Counted from the whole stretch's first letter, positions 24,466-37,864 are shown. The stretch is 63,132 bases of DNA, filler included, from Sphaerodactylus townsendi (GCF_021028975.2; 5 parts of 5 records of this genome joined end to end with filler, not necessarily neighbours in it), one strand, 5' to 3'. The notes: a model not told the origin generated them from the letters alone. Numbers and translations: made by a program.

Positions 24466-25212
24466 TCGGCACAAAACAACCGATTACTCGGAAGCCTCGC
24501 GGCGGATCGGCCCCAGACCCGGCGGGATCCGAGAGGAGACGGTCCGGGCCCGGTGGCCTCGTTTGCACGGCCGGGAGAGGCGACATCGCTTTGCAAACGG
24601 GGCGGGAAAGCAGCGTCCGCCGGCTCCGGCCGCCTCTCCGGTTGCAAACTTTTGCTTTTGGGTGAAAATTGCACCGGGCCCGCCCCCGCGGGGGCCGGGG
24701 CAGCTGCCGGTTCCGAAAGGCCAGAGGGTCTGCTCCTGGACCGTGGAGGAAGGGGGGGATTCGGGCCGGTCCCTTCGCCGCAGTCGCTTCTTGAAGCGGG
24801 TCAAGTAACACATCCGAGAAGGAGCTCGGGACGGAGCTGGCAGAAGGCGGCCTGACTCGGCGGCCCCCAGGACCAGAGCGGCAGCGGGGCGCGGGGGGGC
24901 TGGAGCCGCTTTAAATGACCTGATTCTGCTGAGCAGTGACAATTGCACCTGGCTGCTTACAAAAACTGCCCCCCCCCCCCTTCACTGTTGCTGTTTCTGC
25001 CTCCCTCTGGGAGCTGCCAAGTGCAAGGTGTTGGGAAGGCTTTCTGGGGCAGCCAGCCTTGGGAAGATGCCCGTTCATTCACCTCGTTTTAAAAACTATA
25101 TTGAAGTAAACTATATCACCTGGCTGTTTACAAAAACTGCCCCCCCCCCCCCCCCCCCCACTTTGCTGTGTATCTCCTTCCGGGAGCTGTGAAGGTGATT
25201 GGACTGCATCAT

Positions 25213-25508
25213 GGAGCAGCAGTGGCGTAGGAGGTTCAGAGCTCATGTATCTGATCTGGAGGAACCGGGTTTGATCCTCTGCTCTGCCGCCTGAGCTGTG
25301 GAGGCTCATCTGGGGAATTCAGAGTAGCCTGTGCACTCCCACACACGCCAGCTGGGTGACCTTGGGCTAGTCACAGCTTCTCGGAGCTCTCTCAGCCCCA
25401 CCTACCTCCCAGGGTGTTTGTTGTGAGGGGGGAAGGGCAAGGAGATTGTCAGCCCCTTTGAGTCTCCTGCAGGAGAGAAAGGGGGGATATAAATCCAAAC
25501 TCTTCTTC
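25213..25508 (+). mobile_element. Squam3-type SINE
   Basis: Family sequence, full length. Confidence 0.85.
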
Positions 25509-26058
25509 ATAGAGTTGGAGGTGACCTTAAGGGCCATCCAGTCCAACCCCCTGCCATTCAGGAACACACAATCAAAGCACTCCTGACATATGTTCATCCA
25601 GCCTCTCTTTAAAAACCTCCAAAGGAGACTCCACCACACTCCTCTGAGGCGGTTCATTCCACCCTCCAGCAGCCCTGACTGTGAGGAAGTTTTTCCTGCT
25701 GTTTAGGTGGAATCTCTTTCCCTTGACCTTGAACCCATGACTCCTGGTTTATATATTTGAAGGGATGTCATGTTGAAGGTGGGGCAAGCTTGTTTCCTGC
25801 TGCTCCAGAGACTAGGAACAGGAGTCATGGGTTCGAGGGGAAGGGGAAGAGATTCCACCTAAACAGGGGGGGGGGGGCAGGGAAGGGCTGTCTGACAGTT
25901 AAATTCACTGCCTCGGGGAGTGGTGGAGTCTCATTCGTTGGAGGTTTTTCAAGAGAGGCTGGGTGGCCATCTGTCGGGAGTGCTTAGATTGTGTGTTCCT
26001 GCATGGCAGGGGGTTGGACTGGATGGCCTTTGGGGGTCTCTTCCAGCTCTCGGATTCT
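25509..26058. mobile_element. Two CR1 3' ends head-to-head
   Basis: Terminal motif GGCAGGGGGTTGGACTGGATGGCC on - strand near 25530-25555 and on + strand near 26005-26030. Confidence 0.75.
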
Positions 26059-26642
26059 AACTTAGTTGCATTATTTATGGGGTTAACGTGGGAAGGTGGA
26101 TCAGCCTCACTTGTGTGTGAACAGGCACTGTGGTCATTGTGCTACATCTCTTGGTCTCACCCTGAGGCAGAAGCCTGTTGCTATGAACTAGTGAAGAAGA
26201 ATTTGTGAGCGTGTCTGTGAAGGAGCACGAGTGGCATCGGGTCCCACACCTGTATGTAGCATGCCCTCATCACAGACCCCCTGAGGGAGACCACCACTTA
26301 GCCCAGGGAGGGAAAGGGGGTAGTGACACTTTGGACAGTGTGGCATAGCGGTTGGAGTGTGAGACTCGAATCTGGGGGTGCTCAGGTTTGAAATCCCCAC
26401 TCTGCCGTGTAAAGCTCACTGGGCCAATCACACACTCTTCGCCTGACCTACCTCACAAGGCTGTTGTGATAAAATAGATAAGGACGTAAGCTATTTTGAG
26501 CCCCCATGAGGAAGAAAGACAAAGTATAAACAAAGTAAAGAAGGGGGGGAGCTCACTGGGTGACCTTGGCCCAGTCACACACTCTTTGCCTGACCTACCT
26601 CACAAGGCTGTTGTGATAAAATAGATAAGGACGTAAGCTGTT

Positions 26643-26742
26643 NNNNNNNNNNNNNNNNNNNNNNNNNNNNNNNNNNNNNNNNNNNNTTAATTAATTAANN
26701 NNNNNNNNNNNNNNNNNNNNNNNNNNNNNNNNNNNNNNNNNN
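26643..26742. other. Artificial scaffold linker 44N-TTAATTAATTAA-44N (also 34139-34238, 40029-40128, 54116-54215)
   Basis: Identical 100-bp structure four times; core has stops in all six frames. Confidence 0.95.
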
Positions 26743-27256
26743 GATTAATACATTGATACTTTACTGTCCATATAAGAAATACTTGGGCCTGCCATGTGAG
26801 AATAAACAGAGAATGGGGTCCTTATGAACTAGTTGTGCAAAATTGTGGACTCTTAAAGCAAACCATTCTTTTCATGTATATTATGTCATCATCGACAAAT
26901 AGCCATAGGCCTTCACAATATAAGGTATAAAATAAGAAATGAATAAAGAAATAAGTGCAATATAAATTGCTGAGCATAAATCATCAATCACAAGGCTTTC
27001 CAGTTGCTGAATAGACAATGTTTTGTATTAAGGATTTGAAATCATACTGAATGGAAAATGTACATTATTTCTATATTTGCACAATTTCATAAACTTAAAG
27101 GGTCTGTCCGGAGGCCTTTGAAGGCCTTAGCTGTGTATTCTAATCTCCAAGCGCACAAGACATCCATAAGATGAATATTGATACTTGCACACTACAGTAA
27201 CTTTGGCAGTTGCCAGTTCTATAAATATTCCCTCAAAGATTGCCTGTCTGTTGCAG

Positions 27257-27400
27257 AGTTGCAAGCAGAAACGGTGCACCTGCCCTGTGAAACTACGCCA
27301 CGTTGATCCCAAGAAACCTCACCGCCAGGATCTCTGTGGAAGATGCAAAGGCAAACGTCTCTCGTGTGATAGTACATTTAGTTTCAAATACATTATTTGA
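27257..27400 (+). CDS. ZAR1: Zygote arrest 1, last coding exon (3CxxC zinc-finger C-terminus)
   Basis: TTGCAG acceptor then SCKQKRCTCPVKLRHVDPKKPHRQDLCGRCKGKRLSCDSTFSFKYII*, the ZAR1 rather than ZAR1L C-terminus. Confidence 0.95.
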   Translation, partial: SCKQKRCTCPVKLRHVDPKKPHRQDLCGRCKGKRLSCDSTFSFKYII

Positions 27401-28409
27401 GCAGGAGAGTGGGATGTGTGCATGGAAGAACTCTGAATATTTAAAAGTGCGAGGAGCACAGATTTTGTTTGGAAGTAGCAGGTTGTAGCAATGGAAAGCT
27501 TGCCAGTGAAGCTGTAGTATAGCAAATGCAAATTATAATGCAACCTAACATCTACCTCATCTGTTAATTATATTAAGAATGGAAAGGAATCTGCTTGATA
27601 TACTGGGACAAAACCAGATTCTCCTTATTGCAATCAGGGCTTGAAAAGCTAATTCAGCAATATTTTGTTTTTTGTTTTAGGGAAGGAGGCTTAGTTAACC
27701 ATGGTCCTATCCACCTAGATGTGATAGAGAATGTGCAGCATCTTTCTGTATGTTCATATTTTTCAGAGATGCTTTTTCTTTCCACATCCTGAATGGTCCA
27801 GTACTGGCAACGGGAACTAAATTTTCATTGACAATCTTCCTAATCTGGCGGATGAAATTACACAAGTCAGGTTTATTTGTGGAAGTGCTAAATCTTGATA
27901 TGGAAAGGGAGAAGTAATCACCAATTGTCTACTGTTTGGGGCCGGCAGCACATCTGTGCTACCTTGTGAACAGCTGTGTACTTATGGATCACAGGTGTTT
28001 GAAGGGTGTTAGATAAACTTAGACAATGGTTCTGAGCCAGTAGGTTGGATTAGAGTTGTATACATAATTCTGGGTCACCAACAAGCATAACTGGTATGTT
28101 GTATACTATCTCAGAAATTGCCTAATTGAAATTCAAAGGAGTGATTTACTTGTAGGTAAGTGCTAGGATGAATCTGATGCATCCAAAGTTTCCAGATGTT
28201 AACTTTTTTGTCCTCAACCATGACGGTGAATGTCAGTCTCTTAAGTTCCTGATAAACTAGTACCTGATAGCTAAATAAAGTGATTATGACTGTACATCTC
28301 TGCTTTTATCATTTAAGTGGAAATATCTTAATCTATGTCTGAGACTTAAGTATGAACCATTATCTCCACAATGCTCAGCAGGAGGCCATTATCCAAACAA
28401 GAATGAGGA

Positions 28410-28640
28410 CAGACTTATGGAGGAGAAATCGATTTATGGCTACCAATCTTGATCCTCTTTGATCTGAGATTGCAAATGCCTTAACAGTCCAGGTGCTCGG
28501 GAGCAACAGCCACAGAAGGCCATTGCTTTCACATCCTGCATGTGAGCTCCCAAAGGCACCTGGTGGGCCACTGCAAGTAGCAAAGAGCTGGACTAGATGG
28601 ACTCTGGTCTGATCCGGCTGGCTTGTTATGTTCTTATGAG
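28410..28640 (+). mobile_element. CR1 3' UTR
   Basis: GGACTAGATGGACTCTGGTCTGATCC and TTCTTATG tail; same unit as the 38979 array. Confidence 0.75.
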
Positions 28641-28927
28641 GGAGTAGGGATTTTCCGAAAACAAAGTATGGTTAAGTTGACATTTGCACCTCATACTGTC
28701 CAGATTACATTCTTGACTAACAAGCAAACACCAGTTCTTAAAACATTGTTGAAACTCTGCTTAATTATTCTGCCCTGTGTCTGTACTGGCTGTTTTGCTT
28801 TTGCATTACATTTACAAGCACATCTCCATTTGGGTTCTGAATTCAACAGCATTGCCTCGTAGTGTGTTCAGTGCTGTGCAGGTGAAATGCATTGAATGAT
28901 GTGCAAGTTCTGCATTATGGTTAAGAC

Positions 28928-29511
28928 CAGTGGTGGGATCCAAAAATTTTAGTAACCGGTTCCCATGGTGGTGGGATTCAAACAGTGGCGTAGCGCCAAT
29001 GGGGCTGGGCGGGGCACAATGGGGGCATGGCCAGGCATTCCAGGGGCGGGGTATTAATTCTCTGTTACTGTAAAAAACGCTTACTGTAAAAAAAAGTTCC
29101 TAATTTCCAGCTGGTATCTTTCTGTCCATAATTTAAACTCATTATAGCAAGTCCTATTGTCTACTGCCAACAGAAACAACAACTTCTCCTCTAATTGACT
29201 GTCTGTCAAATACTTAATACTTTCAAATACTTAATTTTGTTTCTAGAAATCAAAAGAAGGATACTTTCCTTAAACAAGGAACTTTACCATATTTATAAAA
29301 CATGTTTTTAAAACAGCCCAACAGGGAGAATTATCCTGTTTTCTACCTTCGCTAACCAGCCACATAGGAAACAACAGGACTTTATGATTTTTGGACCTAA
29401 TGGAATTTCTAACGGAAAAGCAGACCCAATTAGTAACCCCCTCTCGGCACACACAAATAATTAGTAACCCCCTCTCGGGAACTGGTGAGAACCTGCTGGA
29501 TCCCACCTCTG
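28928..29511. mobile_element. Non-autonomous hAT transposon
   Basis: TIRs CAGTGGTGGGATCC / GGATCCCACCTCTG; 8-bp TSD GTTAAGAC. Confidence 0.85.
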
Positions 29512-29826
29512 GTTAAGACATTCTTGTACTTGTGCAGCATTGATTTATGGAAAACATAGCCAGGCTTGAGAATCTTATGTGCTTTCTAGAGTAAATTAAA
29601 AGTGGATGTTCATAAACGACCCAACAAACACTGGCAAGAAAATCAAATTGAAAAATACACCAATAACTTCAAGAGAGTCTTTGGGGCTTCTTGTTTTAAC
29701 CTGGCATCCAAACTCCAAAAGGATTTCTCTTTTGTAGTCTTGGGCAACAATTTTGAAAGGGTGTTCCATTCCATATAGCAGTAAATGAAAGTAGGGAGGG
29801 GAGAAGAACACTGACATCTTATAGAG

Positions 29827-30009
29827 CAGCGGTTCTCAACCTTTGGGTCGCGACCCCGGGGGGTTGAACGACCCTTTCACAGGGATCGCCTAAGACTCTC
29901 TGCATCAGTGTTCTCCATCTGTAAAATGGATAAATGTCAGGGTTGGGGTCACCACAACATGAGGAACTGTATTAAAGGGTCGTGGCATTAGGAAGGTTGA
30001 GAACCACTG
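29827..30009 (+). mobile_element. SPIN (Space Invaders/URR1-like) non-autonomous hAT MITE
   Basis: CAGCGGTTCTCAACCT..GGGTCGCGACCCC...CACCACAACATGAGGAACTGTATTAAAGGGTCG..GCATTAGGAAGGTTGAGAACCACTG; TSD TTATAGAG/TTACAGAG. Confidence 0.85.
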
Positions 30010-30849
30010 TTACAGAGCAAGCAGCATGTAGGCTGAAGTCCATGAAAGCTTAGACTGGATTAAAATTTGTTAGTCTTCAAGGTGTCACAAGATTCCTGAT
30101 CTAGTTTGCTGTAACAGACTAACACTGCCTTCCCTCTGGAATCAACTCCCATAACTGGTTACTTTCTCTCACTCTGCATCTGATAAAATGACTCAATTTT
30201 GAGATTCTGCCTGCCGTTACCCCACTAGATTGTCCTAAGTCTCCCGAGTTAGGGAACCTTTTTTGGTGCAGAGCTCAAATCTAAATATTGCTAAATGAAG
30301 CGCTGTGGAGTGCCAAGCACATTCCTGACCTTTTATTTGTTTAGATGTATCTATGTAATTTATGATCATGCTTTTCCCCCAGTTGGGACTCCAAACTGTT
30401 TACATCACTGTCCTCTCATACGTTTGATGAAAGGTTAGTCTGAAAGTTATCTGTCGTTTTGGTTTCAAGAGTGGACAAAATGACCCATCGCAGAAGGAGA
30501 CACTGTATCGTTTAACAGTTTGACAGTCCATTTAACAGATTCAACAGAGATTGAATCTCTTCTAAGAATGGTTCTGGGAATGGAGATGTGGTAGAGAGTT
30601 CTCATCTTGCAGGCTTCCAGAAACCTACTTTGTGCCTTATTTGGGGAGGGAGGCCACCTTCTGTGGTGGTCACAATCTAAAGCAGGGGTCTGCAACCTGC
30701 GGCTCTCCAGATGTTCATGGACTACAATTCCCATCAGCCCCTGCCAGCATGTGAAGCAAAGCTCATTAGAGGGCTGACTCTGTAAAGAGTCACTCAGGAA
30801 CCCTGTAGGACTTGCTCCTGGGACCTGGGACCCAGTGCTTCAGGCAGGA

Positions 30850-33575
30850 TTTCTAATATGGGAGTTCAGTGAGGAAGGTTGAGTGGGGACAGGAGAGAAC
30901 CCCTCTAGTATGGGTTTCCTGAGAAAGGACATAGAAACTCCACACCCTCAAAGAGAGAGGCGTGCTGCTGTATGCTTCCTGCCACACAAGTTTAAGTATG
31001 CACCCAATTTCACTCCAGAATACTTTTAAACAATTGAACCATTTATGAAGGTAGAAAGCCATTGGGGGGCTATCCAGTGTTTTGCAAGGAGTGAGTGTCA
31101 GATTTATGATTTTACCTACCCTCTCGGTGGAAATCAAGGGTTTATGCTTGATGCATGGAGCTCTTGGCTCTCAAAGGAAGTTTGTTCCCTTGAGACAAGG
31201 GTTGCTGAACTGCAGAAACTGGGGCAGGAAGAGATTTAAGGAAGAGACCTTTAGGGACTTGCCAGAACAACTACTGTGTTAACAGTTCTTTTGTTGTTGT
31301 GGAGAGTAAGAGATTGTGTAGGATGTCAGTTGGAGGAGGAGGGTTTTGATCCTTCAGAGGAGATTCCTTCCTCGGGTTAGACAGTCAGAAACGTTTATTA
31401 GGCATCAAGAGGAAAATCAGCAAATCAAATTATGCAAGGTAAGGCAACTGAAAGAATGTACAAAAATATACAAATATAATATAAGCAGAAAGAACCCAGA
31501 AGGTTAATTCAATCAGGCAATTGGCCACTATTCCCAGTAGCATAGAATCCTGATTCAGGAGATAATTCAATTTAGTTAGGAAAGCAAGGGCCTGCCAAAG
31601 TTGGGGCCTAAAGAAAAAAGTTGGGTCTAAATTCCCTGAATTTCAGACAAACAAAAAAATGTGCTCAAGCAACACTTCAAAGAGTTCAGACAATAAAGTG
31701 TGCTTCTGGTGTATAGATTTCATAAATCTCCCTAGAGGTAGTATATGAGGAAATGTGTTGGCTCTTGCTCTAGTAACCACCCATCATCATCCCTTCTTTG
31801 GGTAACAGACGAAAATCCTATTGTTCTGAGAATATTCCTCTGAGAAAAGATGGGGTTTTGGGTAGTGGATGATTCGATTATGAAGATGATTCGATTATGA
31901 AGATATACACAGGACTACATGGTGACTACATGGTGTCTCTTGTCCGCCTAGAGTGACTGTTCCGGGCATCACACATTGTCTAGATAGATTCCAACAGGAA
32001 GTTGAAAGACAAGAAGCTCAAAGTTAGCATTCTCAGAATTCCCACTGGTTCAATAGGCACAAATCATGGGCCTCAGTACTTGGATGAGAAAGTAGTGCTG
32101 GCAGGAAGCTTTTGGGTTTAAAAATTGGAAAAGATGGGGGAAGTATTGCATTGTAGATCAAAGAGTGCATAGAATCAAATAAGCTGGCAAACATTAGGGG
32201 AATGAACTCCCCAACAGAAAGGATATAGGTAAAAATAATGGGTCCTAAGCCAGTGATAGCTAACCTTTTCAACACTGAATGCCCAAATTGCAACCCCAAA
32301 CCCACCAACATGGCAATTTAACCCGAGTACTGATGTTTTAGTTTAGAAAAAACGATTGCCTCCTAGGTGGTAGTCGGTGGCTCTGCTTTGAAGCAACCGT
32401 GCAACTCTTCCAATGGATGAATCACGACCCTAGGAGGGTTTACTCAGAAGCAAGCCCCATTGCCAGCAGCTGAGCTTACTCCCAGGTAAAGGATCACGTT
32501 TTAGCTCTTTGCATGAAAATCAGTGGGGTTTAACAGCACTTAACAGGGTTACCTACACTGCTTCCCCAAAACTAGGTCTTAGGTTTAATGCTAATAATTG
32601 AGCCCAGTGGCCCAGGCCAGCCTATATATGGGGGGGGGGGGCACTCAGTTTGCGCGTGCCCACAGAGAGGACTCTGAGTGCCACCTCTGGCACCCGTGCC
32701 ATAGGTTCGCCACCACTGTCCTAAGCGGTACTTAGAAATGAGCGTGTATTGTCGTCCATCAATCAAACTCTTGAGGCTGATGATCAGATGGAGGAGGAAA
32801 TAAGGGAGATGACTAGAGCAGCTAATGTTTTGGTACTGGAAGACTTCAGCTATCCTCACACTGACTGAGCAAACACATGCTCAAGTCACGCTGTAGATAA
32901 GAGATTCCTAGACATCATAAACAACTGGAACAATTGGTCACAGAGCCAATGAGAGCGGAAGTGATCTTGGACTTCATTCTGAGCAGGGCTCAAAACCTGA
33001 TGAGAAATGTAGAGGTTGTTGCACCAATTAGGACCAGTGACCACAATGCTATTAGGTTCAGCATTCTTGTCAGTGGACAGTTGTTACCACTAAAGTTAAA
33101 CATTGTAACATTTGATTTCAGAAGAGGGAACTTTACAGAAATGACAGGAATAGTTAAAAGGAAGCCGAAGGGGAAAGCAGCAGAGTCAAATCCTAGAGAA
33201 CGCTTCAAAGCTATTTTGAAACCACGCTAATTGAAGCCCAGATAGACTACATTCCAGGCGCTAGGAAAGCCAGTTCTTTAAAAAAGCCTGCATAGCTGAC
33301 AATACATGTCAAGAAAGGTGTAGAAAGGATTTCTCCTCCATCCCCACAGACCTCAGCCCCCACCCCCCAAAAATCAGCCTGTGGCTCTAGCCACGGTGAC
33401 TAAAAATAATAATTCAGAGGCACGAAACCTCTGAATACCAGTGCTAGGAGGCAATGTTAGGGAAAGACCTCAGCCACTAAGAGCGTGTTGTTGGACCTCC
33501 AGAGGAACTGGTTGGTCAGTGTGTGATACAGGTTGCTGGAGCAGATGGACCACTGATCTGATACAGCAGGGCTGC
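30850..33575 (+). mobile_element. Decayed CR1 LINE (ORF1, endonuclease remnant, 3' UTR) with nested insertions
   Basis: LETRVAELQKL remnant; APE-type VTEP..ILDFIL...TSDHNAIRF...FDFRRGNF (32934-33230); CR1 3' UTR near 33420-33575; boundaries approximate. Confidence 0.7.
32251..32718. mobile_element. Non-autonomous hAT transposon nested in CR1
   Basis: Related to 1466-1937; TSD TCCTAAGC. Confidence 0.85.
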
Positions 33576-34747
33576 ACTTTACCCTTTTGCTGAAGGGGGA
33601 AAAGGATGGCCCCGGGTTTCTTTACAAGCGTCTGCATGCGAACTCAATCTCAGAGATGCTCTGCTGTGCCTGAGGATAATCAAAATACATGTCCACAGTT
33701 TAGTTCCAATCCCTAATTTCCTTAAACAGAAATAAAGGATGTTTCCACAAGTGTATGATGTTCACAGTAGTCTGGCCAGATGGTCTTGGAGAGGAGTTCA
33801 CGCCCTTCTTAAGCATTTGTTCCAATCTCAGCTTCCAGTGTGGAGGAAAATAGACTCAGGTTTGCCTTTCCCCATGTATCTTTTGTTACCTGCACTAACA
33901 CTAGCGGCATTAGCAAGGCTACTGGAGCCTCAGCAGTGGAGTCCAGTAATCCAAATACGGATCTGGAACTGTAGATTCGGTGGTGGTGGTTTCATTTCCA
34001 GTCTCAATGCAACAGTTCTTGCAAACCGATCAGTATACATTTATGCCTGTATGGTTCTTATATCTCCAGTGGTTATGGATCACAATTACATCAGTCTTCT
34101 CTTCCAGCATGGCCAATTGGCCATGCTGGAAGGGGCTGNNNNNNNNNNNNNNNNNNNNNNNNNNNNNNNNNNNNNNNNNNNNTTAATTAATTAANNNNNN
34201 NNNNNNNNNNNNNNNNNNNNNNNNNNNNNNNNNNNNNNGAGTTGGGAAAGGCCTGGTTTCATATAGAGAGTTTTGTTGCAGCCTCTCTGGAAAGCTTTCT
34301 GATAGGCTTACACTCCCAGTATTTAGTGGAAAGCCTTTCCTTGCTTTATTGTGTGTGGCTTTTCAGTCTGGCAAATTACCAAAATAGTAATTCTGCTTAT
34401 TACACCCCTCCTGTCCGCTGACTAAAACAGCTCCTCTGCTCTGAACCTAATAAGGAGCATCTGTAAGTACCCTTTGAAAAATCCCCTGTGCGTTTCTCAG
34501 GATGAATCGCCCGGGGAGAGGGAAAAGGTTAAAACCTATCCAAAGGACATGGAGTTCTAGTACATGAATACGGAACCAGCAGAAACCTGGGGAAACCGTC
34601 TCCGTCTCTGGTGACACTCCCGCGGGTGGGTAATTTTGATCTAGAATCTAGATGGACCTCTTTAAAATCTCTGTTTTTTCTCTGGTGCTACTCATTTTGT
34701 CTGTTTGAAAATGTGCGGCTGGAAGTGTATTTGAAGGAAGAAATTAC

Positions 34748-36574
34748 CTTTTCTTTGCGTTTTATCACAGTGAACGAAATGCTTTCTCTCCCCTGACCGT
34801 GGTTATTTCTGGTTAGTTGCTGGATGGGTTGTGCCATATCTGCAAGATGATTGCAAACATTATAAAATATTAGAAGAAGAAGAGTTTGGATTTCTATCCC
34901 CCCTTTCTCTCCTGCATGGGGACTCAAAGGGGCTTACAATCTCCTTGCCCTTCCCCCCTCACCACAAACACCCTGTGAGGTAGGTGGGGCTGAGAGAGCT
35001 CCGAGAAGCTGTGACTAGCCCAAGGTCACCCAGCCGGCGTGTGTGGGAGTGCCCAGGCTAATCTGAATTCCCCAGATAAGCCTCCACATTACAGGGATAA
35101 ACGCATCAGGTTTGCATAAGCGATCAGCTACCCTCACTTCTCAGGGCAACGACAGACTCCAGTCAATTAAAAATCGATTTTTTATATTTAATATAAATAT
35201 TATAATTTGATTTTTTTTGGAAACTTAGCTATGATGTCAGCTTTGTGGGAGGGGGAGAGAAAAAGATATCCACTTGTACTGTAAGTTGGCATTTTCCCAT
35301 TTGTACAGGGGTAACGCACTGTATTAAATACTTACGGTCCTATTAACAATGGGTTTGATTACAGAAACTAATAAAATATTGTCTACATTTTTTAAAAAGT
35401 TGATTTAAATGCCATTTAAGTCAATGATGCTTCAGCGAGACTGATCTCTGCCCCCCACCCCACCCCACTGTCAGAAATGAGGAAGAATCTCAGTTGGCTG
35501 AAACTGGTGCACAGGTAGCTCAGGTGCAGACATTTGCAGCGTTCTGTCAAGTTTGGGTACTTTTGCAGTTCTCCTGACACGAGACGGATGGGTTTGTGTC
35601 CCATAAATCATGCTGACCTGAGCATTTTTTGTTTTACCTGCTAAGGTTGCTAGCAGCCTGTTGTTTGTAACTTAGGTTGCTGGAAAAGGGAGTGTTTTTT
35701 TTGGGGGGGGGGGGGTCTGTACTTTGTTGTCTGTGGGGCTTCAAGCGCCTCCAGCTCCTGGCAACTTGATTTCTACAACCGCTCCTTTCTTTCGGCTGTG
35801 ATGGGGCCCCGATGCTTCCCTGCTGGGGGTCCCACCAGTAAGGGGGCTGCGCTGCGTCTCTGGGTGCCTCTGCCCCCCCTCCCCGCTCCCCAGTTTGGCC
35901 GCAGCGTCCTTCCGCACTCGCCCTCCCAGGTAGCCTTAGAGCACAGGTGTCAAACTCGCGGCCCTCCAGATGTTATGGACCACAGTTCCCATCATCCCCT
36001 GCCAGCATCATGCTGGCAGGGGATGATGGGAACTGTAGTCCATAACATCTGGAGGGCCGCGAGTTTGACACCTGTGCCTTAGAGAGTGGCAGCAGCGCGG
36101 GCTGGCCCCCCGGGGGAGGGGGCGGCGCAGGGGGGTGGGGGGTGGGGTCCGCGTGCCCTCGCCCCCCCCCAAAATGCCCAGCTTCCAAGAGGGGCGTCCA
36201 GGGGAAAGCAAAGGCCGGGCGGAGGGAGGGAGGGAGGGAGGGAGGGGCGAGCGGGACCCCCGGGCAAGGGGGCGGAAGAAAGCAGCCCCCACCCCAGCCA
36301 GCCCACCCGTCCGGCGCCCTCTTGGCGGGGGAGGGGGGTCCTCACCGGGCGGGACGTCCACGCGGTGCCCCCTGGCCACGCTCTGCCAGAAGCCCAGCAG
36401 CCGCTGCTCATGCTCCTGCTCGTGCTCGGGGCAGTCGCCTTCCTCCTCCTCCTCCTCCTCCTCCTCTTCCTCGTCGCCCAGCCCCTGCAGCTCCTCCAGC
36501 GTGATGGCCCCCCCGCCGCCGCCCCCCCCGGCCTCGCCCCCGCTCATGCGACACCTGGGCTGGCTCGTCTGCAT
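34748..36574 (-). CDS. SOUL/heme-binding family protein (soul4-like), exons 1-2 (36574-36346, 34839-34748)
   Basis: ITLEELQGL-acidic tract-RLLGFWQSVARGHRVDVPP/DMAQPIQQLTRNN...FTVIKRKEK resembles the recalled soul4 N-terminus; phase-1 junction makes GAT; TATAAA near 36616-36611; alternative ATG 36547. Confidence 0.8.
34872..35087 (-). mobile_element. Squam3-type SINE, 5'-truncated
   Basis: Family sequence. Confidence 0.8.
35942..36076. mobile_element. Palindromic hAT MITE
   Basis: 135-bp near-perfect palindrome; TSD CCTTAGAG. Confidence 0.9.
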
Positions 36575-36762
36575 GGCCTCTGCCTGTCCGCTCTCCCTCC
36601 GGGCGGCCCTTTATACCTCCGCCCCGCGGGGGGGAAGGGAGGGGGGAGCGCCTCTGACGGGCTGGAAGGGGGGGGGGTTCTCGCCTTGGAGGGGAGGGAC
36701 GACCCCTCCTCTCCTCCCCAGAAGCAGAGGCTGGGGGGCTCCCTGGAGGAGAACCAGGCTGA

Positions 36763-37597
36763 AAGAGCCAGCAGGGTGTCGTGGTTAAGAGGAGAAGAAG
36801 AAGAAGAGTTTGGATTCATATCCCCCCTTTCTCTCCTGCAGGAGACTCCAAGGGGCTGACAATCTCCTTGCCCTCCCCCCCACATGCAACAAACACCCTG
36901 TGAGGTGGGTGGGGCTGAGAGAGCTCCGAGAAGCTGTGACTAGCCCAAGGTCACCCAGCCGGCGTGTGTGGGAGTGCCCAGGCTAATCTGAATGCCCCAG
37001 AGAAGCCGCCACAGCTCAGGCGGCAGAGCGGGGAATCAAACCCGGTTCCTCCAGATTTAGATATTTATTTATTTTTATTTATTGTTTCAATTTCTATACC
37101 GCCCGATCCCCGATCCGGGTGGTGAACAACATAATATAAAACATAAAACAGGAGCAAATCCAATACAACACAATACGTAGGCTCCATCAATAAAACATCT
37201 TAAAATACATAAAAACAGCGGCTAATAATTAACATTTAAACAAAAGCCGTCCAAGCCTCAATTTCAACCCACCCCAAGATACACGAGCTCTTAACCTCCT
37301 ACGCCACTGCTGCTCCAAGAGCAGGTGGATTCTGATCTGGAGAACCTGGTTTGTTTCCCCACTCCTCCACCTGAGTGGCAGAGGCTTATCTGGGGAACCA
37401 GATGTGTTTCCCTGCTGCTCCACGTGAAGCCTGCTGGGTGACCTTGGGCTACTCACAGTTCTCTCAGGACTCTCTCAGCCTCACCTGCCTCACAAGGGGT
37501 CTGTTGTGGGGGAGAGGAAGGGAAAGGAGCTCGCAGGCCACCTTGAGTCTCCTTACAGGAGAGAAAGGTGGGGTGTACATCCAAACTCTTCTCTTCT
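36763..37597. mobile_element. Nested SINEs: older + strand SINE split by a - strand Squam3 (about 36791-37317), itself split by an AT-rich LINE-tail fragment (about 37060-37277)
   Basis: Outer SINE head interrupted at AAGAG/AAGAG; inner SINE interrupted at AGATA/AGATA. Confidence 0.7.
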
Positions 37598-37864
37598 ATC
37601 CTGTCACCACCTGTGTGAAGAGGCGAGCAGGGACCAGGTGAGCTTTATGGCAGGTTGTCCCCTTTTGCTGCTCTCTTCCACCAGCGCGAAGATCTCACTG
37701 ATCTGAAGAGTCTGCAAGTCCTGCCTCTTGGGGTGTGTGTGTGTGTGTGTGAATGGAAGGCAGCTTTCTTGCTTGATTCTAGACTGAAAATGTTTTTAGC
37801 TATTATTGTCCATCCCCTTGAACCCCGAGGAAAGGCAGGATGTACATGATTTAATAAATAAATA

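Noticed and set aside
24260-24811. 184-aa N-terminal extension of H1 in the ORF track, and the 452-aa antisense ORF
   Set aside because: The extension runs through the H1 box, CCAAT and TATA; the real start is 24259. GC-rich stop-poor artefact.
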